DNA from: Eledone cirrhosa
Taxonomy: Eukaryota
Reading direction: 5' to 3'
NCBI GenBank assembly: GCA_964016885.1
Contig: OZ024742.1
Location: forward strand, 76,880,001-76,944,000
Length of the DNA stretch: 64,000 nucleotides
The notes below the pieces were generated by a model, which saw only the letters and a program-made list of their open reading frames with translations, did no database searches and was not told the DNA's origin. Of the stretch, positions 53,487 to 64,000 are shown piece after piece; the first letter of the stretch is position 1, and the number at the start of each line of letters is the position of its first letter. The position numbers and the translations under genes are program-made.

Positions 53487-55464
53487 CACCGTGTAACATA
53501 TTTTTTGTTCCCCGGTTCTAAGTGTCATTTCATGGTTTGTTATATCCCATTATTATAAAATAAAACTATTATTTAATCAGATGTTTGGGTTTTGGTCAGG
53601 AGTTTGATATTTCGAATTTTTATATTTTTCAAGAAAAAACACATTTAAAAAAAAAATTATCAGTTCATATAATTAAATCAACAGAGTATATATTTATTTT
53701 ATTACACAAGCTTATCAAAAGCAAACAAGTAAAAACAAATAACACTTATAAAGCAACTTATACACGTCAGAAATGACTGGATTTCCTGGATTTGCGGTTG
53801 TAATCCAGGTCGCATTCCCGCACTAGCCCGCAGATATAGTCCTCCATCATTTTTTCATTGTAGTGGACCTGGTACCTCCGCTCTATCTCTTTCACATCTA
53901 GGTGGAATCGTTTGCCTTGTTCTTCTGAGTAGGCGCCCATATTGTCCTTGAATTATTCCAGGTGAGCGTCCAGCATATGGAGTTTAAGCGACATCCTGCA
54001 TCCCATGACGCCAAAGGCCTGTTTCAGATCCTGCATCAGTTGCTGGTAGTTTTCAGCTCTGTAGTTGCCCAGGAAGCCCTTAACAACTGTCTTGAAACAG
54101 TTCCATGCTGTTCTCTGAATCCTATTGAGCTTATTGGAGAACTCGGTAGACTCAAAAACCTTCTTTATCTGAGGTCCAACAAAAATACCACCTTTGATTT
54201 TGGCTTCAGATAAGTTGGGGAAGAACTCAAGAAGGTAATTAAAGCGGCTGATTCTTGGTTGAGAGCCTTCAAAAATTGCTTCATCAACCCCAACTTAATG
54301 TGCAGTGGCGGCATGAGTACAATCCTGGCATCAACCAATGGCTCCCACATGACGTTCCGGGTCCCAACTACAAATTCTGTTCGCTGCTCCCAGTTCTTTC
54401 TTTTGTATTGGTCAGAGGTGGCTCTGCTGTCCCAAAGGCAGAAGAATCAGTGGAATTTGATAAAGCCTCCTTGGAGTCCAAGCAGGAAAGCCACCATCTT
54501 GAAGTCTCCAAAGATTTCCCAATTGCAGAGCTTCCAAGAGGACTTTTACACTGTAGTAATCTTCCTTTCCTTCAGGCAGACTGAATGAGCTAGTGGCAGT
54601 GTCGGTAACTTGTTTACATTGTGGAGGAGGACAGCCTTCAAACTTGTGGTGGAGCTGTCTATAAATATCCGCTACTCCTTGGGCACAAACGGCACCCCAA
54701 TAACGTTAAAGAGGCCAGGCACGTCATGACAGAAGCAGAGGCCATCCCTAAGTGTGTAAAAGCCTGAGAAAGGTTCGTGTCGACTTCTCTGACTTGTCAT
54801 CTGCACTTCCTCCTTGACCAAGTTCCACTGCATCATCCTGGAGACGAATAGCTCTGCATTGGACTTGGTCAGACCCATATCCCTGACCAACTCATTGACT
54901 TCTTTTTGGTTTGGGAAGTGAGGAACTTTTTCTGGTACCTCAGGCAGGTAATCTAAGTCCTCAGCATCTATCTTCTCCTCTTCAACAGAATACTTGTCTT
55001 TGAAAATAAATTTGATATGCAATACAAAATAAATATTGGAAAGGGAAATACATATTTAAATAATATAAAAGAACACTAATCATACTAATGACAATTCGTG
55101 CTTAAAACACAACTTACCCTTTATTCAGGGTGCGAAAGTCCAGTATCAATAAATCTCTTTAATCCACTTTTTAACAATTTTATACTTTATTGCACTTTTA
55201 TAATTATCTTTAGGTATTACGCTTTATTTTATAATTTTAATTTAACCTGAAACATATATTAAAAAATCATTTAACATAAGCAAATTAAACTTACATACAA
55301 CGTAAAATCCAGCATACAAGTAATTCTAGTGAATAGCTTAGAATTTTTACAAACCCAAACTTTTAACTGTTTAATAGCACTTTTTCTTATTTATTTGGGA
55401 CCTAAGCAACACAGAAAAGTGATTACAAGCCAGGAACAGAGAAAAAGAAATGTGTTACATGGTG
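53487..55464 (-). mobile_element. CMC/Chapaev3-like DNA transposon with TIRs and disrupted transposase
   Basis: PPLHIKLGLMKQFLKAL, FVGPQI, MSLKLHMLDAHL, YSEEQGKRFHLD..RYQ, ELVRDMGLTKSNAELFVSRM. Imperfect TIRs CACCGTGTAACA.. / ..TGTTACATGGTG. Flanks TAA / TGA. The family name is from memory of the motif. Confidence 0.78.
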
Positions 55465-55535
55465 TGATTACCTTCAAATAATCCAAATCTTAAAAAAAGA
55501 AATTTCTAAACTTGTTATACAGTATCCTTACTTTC

Positions 55536-55605
<70 letters not shown>

Positions 55606-55890
55606 TTCTATTTAAATTGTTGGGATACAACAAGCAAATATTTTTATAACTGATATAAAGCACTCAACAAATAATTGGAGTAAAAATACGATATTAACAA
55701 ATGGAAGCTATATTTATAAAACCATATTTATTTCCTTATACATATTTCAAGGACACCAAGTTAAATTATGGTGTGCTTTCATCAGATAAAATATAATATA
55801 GACCAGTTTTATAAATAAATATTGACATACCCTTAAAGAATGCAACATATATATATATATACATATATATATACATATATATATATATAT

Positions 55891-56112
55891 TGGTGAAGGC
55901 GTGTGGCTGAGTGGTTAGGGAATTGGATTCGCAATTGTAAGGTTGTGAGTTCGAATCCTGGACCAGGCGATGCGTTATGTCCTTGAGCAAGAAATTTTAT
56001 TTCACGTTGCTCATTATACCTGGAGTTGCGACCGATAGATAGTATTAGCAATTGGAAAGACCGACGGAAAACAATGTTTCCTCGGTCCGATTTGACGAAA
56101 GTCGATCGCTTC
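55891..56112 (+). mobile_element. SINE family B copy
   Basis: GGCGTGTGGCTGAGTGGTTAG (A box), GAGTTCGAATCC (B box), GTCCTTGAGCAAG core. TA-rich flanks. Confidence 0.85.
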
Positions 56113-56149
56113 AACATATATATATGTGTGTGTATCAGTATTTAGTACG

Positions 56150-56740
56150 ACCATTCCTGATTGTTGAAGCTTATGGATCTCCTCCTGATGTAGTTGCTGC
56201 TATTTAAGTCATGTATGAGAACACCCATGCTGGAAGATACCACTGACTAATTTCAGGCTTTCATTTTGTGTCGGAATTGCCTGAGATGAGGTGGGTCTTT
56301 ATTTAATGTTTTAAAAACTAATTTTGTGCCTTTGAATCCATACACTCTCAGTCCACTATATGCTTCTGACGGTTCATATATCGAAGTGATGCAAGAAGTT
56401 GAATAGCGGGTTGATTACTCTGACCCTTAGCAGAATTGACCACGAGAATTGGTCAAGCATGGAGTGCAATACATTAACAAGATATATGGAAAGCTGCAAC
56501 CCCAAGTTCTTCGAAAAGCAAAGTCTTCAGAGACAGGGTCGAAACCATCCAACTATACGGTTCAGAATACTAGACTCTCAGTGTCTCTTGTTCAAAGAAA
56601 CTTGATGCTTTCTACACGAACATCTTATGGGTGGTGTTTAGCATTTCATAACAAAGTCACACTACCAACAATGATCTTCATTGTGATCTGCCACGAGTTT
56701 TATCAAAAGTTCGATCCCGTTGCTTTGCACCTGATGGTTG
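56150..56740 (+). mobile_element. Degenerate RTE fragments
   Basis: AYGSPPDVVAAI*VMYENT and VETIQLYGSEY* remnants. Confidence 0.55.
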
Positions 56741-57654
56741 GTTTCTCCTCATGATGTACCTGCAGCGAAACCTCTTGCTCTGTTGAGATACTATAGAGCT
56801 TTAAAACGGCAATTCATTAGCATCGTTTAAAATTGTTTCTGCTCCAAACGTCATGCGTCTGTTCATATTTCTCAAATATCACGTATATATTCCTACTCTG
56901 GGAATTTCCTTGGCGAATATCCCTTCGTCGCATTGATTGTTTGTTTTGCAAGCATTTACTGAACAGGACATATGAATATCATTGGAAGTGACATTTCTGA
57001 CAAGTTTATCATTTCATAATAAATGCCTCAATCGACTTGTGTCGCCCTATTTGACGAAACACATCTCTATAGACAAGATTGTTTAGGTGTATCTAATTAG
57101 TCCCTATTCTTAGCAGTTAATCTCTATATTTAGACTGTAATTTAGCGAGTTAGTGTCTATTGTAAGGATGGCAGTTTCCCGTACATAAGTCTTTTAATTG
57201 CATTACTTTAAACATATTTTATTACTATAGATTTTATTAGCTACCACCAAGATATTACTTTAACTAAATTTAATCCCATTATCATTTCTGTTCCGTAAGA
57301 TATAAGGGTGTGCCAGTTTCCTATAATCATCGCGCAGTAATTACGATATATAATACAAGTTGTATCAAATGTCTTGGTCAGGTCAGAGAATACCATTCGT
57401 AGGTCACGTCAGGCCAGGGTATGATTGCCTCCATACTTAAAAGGTATTATAATTTTTCAAGGGCAGCAAATTCCTAATATTGTACAGACGCTATACGTTT
57501 TCGTAGTTAGAATAGTAATGAAATGTTTTAAATTATAATAGACATAATAGATATATTTCTATACAACAGGTTGTAGGTATTTTATCAAAAATTATATACA
57601 ATGAACCACGGCCAATTGCATTCGTAACAGCAAGGACTTTGATGTTGCAGAAGA

Positions 57655-57735
57655 CAATGACACGCTCGGGATTCGAAATCACATCCGTATGATTGTGAGG
57701 TTAACGCTCTAACATCTAAACCATGCACCTCCACA
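57655..57735 (-). mobile_element. SINE head remnant (tRNA-like)
   Basis: Minus strand GGTGCATGGTTTAGATGTTAGAGCG..GATTTCGAATCCCG. Confidence 0.45.
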
Positions 57736-58886
57736 CAGACACATACACACACGCGCGCACCTTCGCTTCTATGTGGGTATGTATATGTGTATTCCCTTAG
57801 TGTATATTGCTTACTTTAACATTGTTATGTCAGTAGAGTATTTTTATATAGTGGTAGGACCTACTTGAATTATGTACTATATGATAGAAATAAGACATAA
57901 ATCAAGAAATGAAATCGCTTAATATTATATAAATATTGATGGATTTCTTGAAGCTTATTTCTATAATTCTTAGGAAACGAACGAATATCGGTATATGCAA
58001 ACATTAAAAAATATAAAATATTTATTTTCTATTTCTATATAAATTTTAAGCCAACAATCTATATAATTTTTATCTCCCTCTGGTGTGTTTGTGTGTGTAC
58101 TTGTGTGTTGTTTTTCATTCTATTTCCCAAGTGTACATTTGTGTATCTTATATTGTCTGTCTATTTGTGTGATTCATTTTGTATATATGGATGTGTACCA
58201 TATACTTCATTTATCCTGTGTACATGAATATTGGTCTATATATAAATGAAATAAATGCAATTAAATCTGTATTGTCATTATATGTCTTCGGATTATCTGT
58301 TTACAAACAAATTTGAATAAAATTTCATGGTAGAAGACGAAAAACTACAACATTCAAAATTCCCAATAAGACTGTCTAGATAGGAAATGTCCAAAGCTAT
58401 AATCATTTCAATTTTATTTTCGTTCAATTATTTCTTTCTCCATTAGATTTTAGTTTCTCTTTGTATTTTGTCTATATTTCATTACATTTATTTTGTTTCT
58501 ATGTATGTTTTATGTATTTATTTATTCTTCATCTTTCAGTATTATATGATGGAAACTGATTTAGCTTTGATATTATACTGAGATCTCATCCGCTTCCAAT
58601 ATTGAACAAAAGAATCGATATTTTTTTATGATATTATTTAACAATATACAAGTTGGAATGAAATACAACATGAAACAATAGTCTTCAATCTTGAATATGC
58701 AATGACATATTTCTTTCATTTAACAAAGCAATTTATATCAATAAATACCTTATTAGTGAGATATAGTAGCCTCAAAGAAGGATATCATTTTAGTGAAGAA
58801 TAACACTAATGCGAATATGAGATTCAATACCGAGAATCACTAATGATATCCAAATCTATATATGTATAAGAGAAAGAGAGAGACAC

Positions 58887-58917
<31 letters not shown>

Positions 58918-58932
58918 TACACTCACATACAT

Positions 58933-59103
<171 letters not shown>

Positions 59104-59313
59104 TTATTTACGTATCGAGAGAGAACAAAAGGACGGATAGGTGATACATGTAGTTATTTGCCAAATAGCCTATGCAAAAGGTGCTCAATTCTAGTGCCGG
59201 CAGTGTTAAATATTAGAAGTCTTAATATCTAGTGGGCGAGAGAATTAGCAGAGCGTAAGCTCATGGACAAATAAGAAACATGAGAACAGACCGTTACATG
59301 TTTATTTAAAACA

Positions 59314-59353
59314 GCACCTACGTACGTTTCGCCCGGATGGGCTTCTCAAGGGC
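59314..59353 (-). ncRNA. Minimal hammerhead ribozyme, U3-A8 variant
   Basis: Minus strand: gccc-TTGAGAA-GCCC-atcc-GGGC-GAAA-CGTACG-TA-ggtgc. Confidence 0.72.
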
Positions 59354-59415
59354 ATAAATAACTAAAAAGTGTTCCTTACATGGCCCGGGCCAAGGAACAC
59401 TTTTTACTTATTTAT

Positions 59416-59454
59416 GCCCTTGAGAAGCCCATCCGGGCGAAACGTACGTAGGTC
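59416..59454 (+). ncRNA. Minimal hammerhead ribozyme, U3-A8 variant
   Basis: gccc-TTGAGAA-GCCC-atcc-GGGC-GAAA-CGTACG-TA-ggtc. Stem III is palindromic. Confidence 0.72.
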
Positions 59455-59509
59455 CTGTTTTAAATAAAGATGTTGTAACGGTCTGTTCTGATATTTCTTA
59501 TTTTTCCAC

Positions 59510-59580
<71 letters not shown>

Positions 59581-59586
59581 TATATA

Positions 59587-59669
<83 letters not shown>

Positions 59670-59687
59670 ATAATTATATATTATATA

Positions 59688-59732
<45 letters not shown>

Positions 59733-59778
59733 GTGTGTGTAATTATATATATATGTATACATATATATATATATATAC

Positions 59779-59821
<43 letters not shown>

Positions 59822-59824
<3 letters not shown>

Positions 59825-61219
59825 TGGGGTTCTGTAACGGGGCACTGGAGAAAGGAGTTGCCCCGAATCAGTGGAGGATCAGTAACATCGTCCCAGTGCC
59901 AAAGAAGGGAGATCTCTCTAACACCAACAACTACCGGGGGATCTCACTGACGTCACTTGTGGCAAAGACCCTCAACAGGATGATTCTTAACAGGATCCAG
60001 CCTGAGATGGAGAAGAAGCTCAGGGACAACCAGAACAGCTTCAGAGAGGGTAGATCAACCACCAGTCACATCTTGATGCTGAGGAGGATATTACAGGGAG
60101 CTAGAGCAAAGTGCCTTCCTGCGGTCATGGTTTTCATTGACTTTAGGAAGGCCTTTGATTCTGTGGACCGTTACTGCCTGATGAAGTTCTTACAGGCTTA
60201 TGGAATCCCCAAGAGGTTAGTGGACCTGATATCACTGCTCTACACCAACACCAAAGCCCAAGTCATTACACCTGATGGGATGACAGAGTTCTTTGAGATA
60301 CTGGCTGGAGTGCTCCAGGGAGATACATTGGCTCCCTACCTTTTTATAATCGTAGTGGACTATTGTATGCGCCTTGCACTGGAGAAACACCAGGACTCTG
60401 GCTTTACTGTAGCACCGGCTCAGAGCAGGAGAGTTGGGACGAAAAAGGTATCGGATGCTGAATTTGCCGACGACATAGTTTTGGTGACAAATACAGTGAA
60501 GGAGGCAGAGGATTTGATGCGGGAGGTTGAGACTGTGTCGATGAGTGTGGGGCTGAGAATGAATGAGACTAAAACAAAATATCTGGTAGAGAATGTTGAG
60601 AAGCCAGAGGGGATCACTAATGTAGGCGGGAAGCCGCTGGAATTGGTTGAGGACTTCCTGTATTTGGGAGCAAAGATTGGGAATACGGAAGATGATGTGG
60701 TTGAGAGGAAGAGCAAGGCCTGGGCGGCGTGTCACAGCTTGTGATCGGTGTGTAAGTCGGACCTTCGTAGAGACCTGAAAATCCGCCTCTTCATTGCTGT
60801 AGTGGAGTCTGTGCTGCTGTATGGGTCTGAGACTTGGACACTGACCAAGAGACTCACTCAGATGGTGGATGGGTGCTACACGAGAATGCTGAGGATGGCT
60901 CTGAACATTAATCAGTATACACTGAGGATGAAAAACTCAGAGCTGTATGGGAGCATCCCAAAAGTCAGCTCAAAAGTGACACAGAGGAGACTGAGGTTGG
61001 CTGGACATGCTCACCGACATCCAGAGTTGACATTGCACTCAGTGCTCCTTTGGGAGCTCCTACATGGACACATTAGAAGAGGAAGACCAAGGTTAACATA
61101 TGTTGATGCCCTAAGGACAGACACTGGTCTGTTAGAGATGCAGGATATGGCAGCGATAATGAGGGACAGAGACCGCTGGAGAGAACTCGTCCATGGATCT
61201 CGGGAATTTTACCCGCCTT

Positions 61220-61221
<2 letters not shown>
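59822..61221 (+). mobile_element. 5'-truncated RTE LINE with few disruptions, inserted in (TA)n
   Basis: ORF 59896-60744 continuing in frame to 61221 past one TGA: NYRGISL, IDFRKAFDSV, GVLQGDTLAP, EFADD, FLYLG, LLYGSETW, RRGRPR. Confidence 0.92.
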
Positions 61222-61250
<29 letters not shown>

Positions 61251-61253
<3 letters not shown>

Positions 61254-61691
61254 TTTGGGAGGGTCATGTTGCCAATAAGAAACACACGCACCAGATGCTT
61301 TCACTCCAATTTATTATAAGCTAAATTTATAAATTTCCGGTTGGTTGGTTGGTTCCACCACCGGGCAGTTGTTCATATATTTTCAATGTTATTTCGTCTC
61401 ACATTATGTGACCTCTTCAGTGACTGTGGATTCTGTTCTTTGTTTTTGTGCCTTTCCTTTTTTCTGTCCTACGCCAACAACAAGATGGCATACGACAGAA
61501 CAAAGGAGCGGCACAAAAACAAAGAAAATAATCCCCAGTCACTGAAGAGGTCACAGAATGTGTGACGAAAGAACTTTGACAATATATGAACAATCGTCCG
61601 GTTGTGGAACCAACCAACCAACTTATAATAAATTGGAATGAAAGTAACTGGTGCGTGTGTTTTTTATTGGCAACATGACTCTCCCAAAGCA
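61251..61691. mobile_element. Palindromic element (~200-bp arms) with HHR-like motifs in both arms, next to (TA)n
   Basis: tgctttgggagggtcatgttgccaataa... / ...ttattggcaacatgactctcccaaagca. Confidence 0.85.
61538..61580 (+). ncRNA. Hammerhead ribozyme-like motif
   Basis: gtca-CTGAAGA-G-GTCAC-agaatgt-GTGAC-GAAA-GAAC-TT-tgac. A more decayed mirror copy lies at 61383-61424(-). Confidence 0.55.
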
Positions 61692-61754
61692 TAACAATAT
61701 CGGTTTCAATACACGTTTTCAAATACAGAATCTTGATAAACAAATTCAGAAACG

Positions 61755-61794
<40 letters not shown>

Positions 61795-61799
61795 CGAGA

Positions 61800-63960
61800 A
61801 GGGGTTATGTTCTATAGAAAACAGAGTTTATATAAACAAATAATGATGGAAACAGCATGGAAGTATATTTTAGAAAATCATATTTCTTTTTATTAACCGA
61901 CAAAATCATTATTGACAAAAGGAGAATAATATTTTTGTTTAGAAAAAGCGCTTTTATAAAGTATATATACAATATTACCTGGTTTCGATTTAATTCATCT
62001 TATCAAATATTAAAAGTTAAGAATGAAAATGAATAGTTGAAGATCTGTTCAATTTTCGGATAGAGAGCCTGAATGGGTCACTTCAGAAAAAAATACTTTA
62101 GATATATACAAACTAAGTTTATGTCACTTTGGTTGAAGATGTTGTCACCAATGTGGTAGACAATTTAGAGAGTTGTAATGTTGCCACAAGGAACCACCTT
62201 TGGTAGAAAGATATGACAGGGATATCGACAACGACTTTAGCTTGTTTTTACATTATTTATTAACAAAGTTTGAGCTGGCATGCCAAGAGAAATAAAACAA
62301 ACGAATTAAGATTTCAGAAAGACACGGGCTACTGGCTGTGCCAGGCCGTAGTTAAATTGTTGTGTTACATATTGGCTAGTGATTTCACAGCGAAAGCAAA
62401 GTAGTTGTTTACCTTAGCACGGTCGAGCTGGAAGAGTTAGTTTCCTCAAATCTTCGCGGGCTATTTCTCCCTTAGAACGCGTAGGGATACATCCTCTTCT
62501 CCTGGCGCTGATTGGCTGAGCTTCAGCCAAATCACGCACAGAGAATGTATGTGAGCCCGTGGAATGTAGGTCACTACATCACCTCCGAGCAGATTTTTAG
62601 CCGAAAATCCTTAACGATGGAGCCAAGGACCCACAAGGTACAGTTTACACCCCCCCCCCTTCTAGACGGTAGTCGATACAGATTATTGAATCATCAAGAA
62701 CAAATGCTGAAAGAGCACATTAGTGAAAAAATAATTGAGCAGAAAGATGCATGCAAGAAAAAAAATGAGGCGCTACGGGCCGTGTTGAGCCGCTGTCAAA
62801 TGACTAGCTGTTTTGTAGTTTATACGTGACCACCAAAGGTCTAACAGAAAACAGATAAAGTCTGACATGGCCGAAGTTGCTGTTCTTGCATTAAATGTTA
62901 ATGGTAAGTGTTGTACCAGTAGCTGTGGACGAAGCTATTATGGTAGTTTACCAGTGCTGGCAAGAAGATGATGGGTAGGTGAGAAAATGTTTGCCTCCCA
63001 GATGTATTGCCGAATATGCTAGGGAGCCAGAAAAAAATGGCTGGTTGCTTTGAAAAGAAAGAAAAAGCAAGTTGTATCTATAGGTGGGTTGCAGTTCCAT
63101 GATTCGGGCAAATCCGTAGAAGTGGTGGAAAAGCTGACAAGTCCAGTTCTATTTGTTGTTTTCCCGGTGAGTTGGGTAAGACAACAAGATAGAGGTTGTT
63201 ATGGACGATGAATGTGCAACGAGATGCGAAACGGTTTGAGTTCAGCTGCAATTAGCATTCTCGTGTTGCGGTGCAGGTGAATTAAGCTGCAAGTGTCGGT
63301 AGCATGTTTTGGTACCTCCAGAAGGTGAAAAGGGATCTCACAGAATATTACGACGCTTGAAGATCATATACCATAGACAACAACATGTTGGTGTGTGTAT
63401 ATATGCAGGCATGCAATACAGCAAAGAAAATGTGTGCGTGCGGTCACATATATAATGATAGAGAGAAATGAATTTTCATATAATACAGTTTAAAAAAAAA
63501 ATAAATGTCCAAAATAAATGCCTGAAAAAAAAAGGAAGAAAGAAAGAAGTGTTTCTTTTCTTTTAACAAAAAAGTTCGCTTCTTTTTTCTTTGGGAACGC
63601 TCTTACTAGGGAGCTAGTAGAGTTGTTGTTGTTGTTAAAGCAAAGTCGCAATGAATCTTCTGTAGAGTAGAAGTCGAGCGTTGAAGAAGCTAGCGTCACC
63701 AACATGGCAGCCACGTCTGACGCCATAATGGTGAGAAAACTAATGTCTTAATTTCTCGAGTCCTTGTGGTAACGAGACAGAAGGTATGGTGATTGCGTCG
63801 GTAAAGTTACAAGCCGTTCCCTGGTGTTGGTTAATAGTTAGCCATGTGTTGCTGCTGATGGCTGGTACTTGGTGGTAGCCGTTTTGAAATTTCCTCGTGG
63901 CGAAAAGTTTTTGAAATACTGCTAATTTTTTCTTTTTTTCTAAAATATTCTAAAGAAAAT
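61800..63960 (-). mobile_element. Heavily decayed Penelope-like element; boundaries approximate
   Basis: Minus-strand remnants resemble a PLE N-terminus (NHHTF..SR..PQGL, ~63750-63800) and a GIY-YIG end (~62150-62200). An HHR lies at the 3' end, next to (TA)n. Confidence 0.45.
61971..62011 (-). ncRNA. Minimal type I hammerhead ribozyme, U3-A8 variant
   Basis: Minus strand: AATAT-TTGATAA-GAT-gaattaa-ATC-GAAA-CC-a-GG-TA-ATATT. All stems can form. Confidence 0.72.
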
Positions 63961-64000
63961 TGGTATAATAAAAAAAAATTATTTTCCATGAAAATTATTC

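Larger units (their letters stand above)
59262..59510. mobile_element. Palindromic element (~115-bp arms) with an HHR in each arm, adjoining (TA)n
   Basis: The arms are reverse complements around the centre ccttacatggcccgggccaagg. Confidence 0.85.

Noticed and set aside
55891-55965. tRNA-like sequence with A and B boxes
   Set aside because: It continues into a SINE body repeated at 31822-32030, and I see no complete cloverleaf, so it is a SINE head rather than a tRNA gene.
60742-60744. In-frame TGA in the RTE ORF as possible readthrough or selenocysteine
   Set aside because: It is more simply a nonsense mutation in a 5'-truncated dead copy, and I see no SECIS evidence.
62512-62829. 105-aa plus-strand ORF
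   Set aside because: No recognisable motif; it lies antisense within a decayed repeat region.

Overview
AT-rich eukaryotic genomic DNA saturated with (TA)n/(CA)n microsatellites. It is most likely a cephalopod such as Octopus, inferred only from the repeat landscape and SINE types. I can support no host protein-coding gene; nearly all recognisable sequence is transposon-derived. Non-LTR retrotransposons: an L1/Tx1 3' end, a near full-length R4/Dong-type RLE element ending in (TAA)n, several RTE LINEs (one full-length with an inverted 5' half, one bipartite non-autonomous derivative) and CR1-group relics. Also present: at least four Penelope-like element (PLE) families, two SINE families, a Chapaev3-like DNA transposon, non-autonomous Helitrons and a probable piggyBac relic. 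The most notable signal is a set of minimal type I hammerhead ribozyme (HHR) motifs, read by eye, in PLE termini and in short palindromic elements next to (TA)n tracts. These include a C3-G8 to U3-A8 core covariation between two homologous elements, an unusual GCAA core kept in four copies of one family, and a ~310-bp unit whose head-to-tail junction suggests a tandem or circular RNA template. All calls are manual and none was checked against a database.
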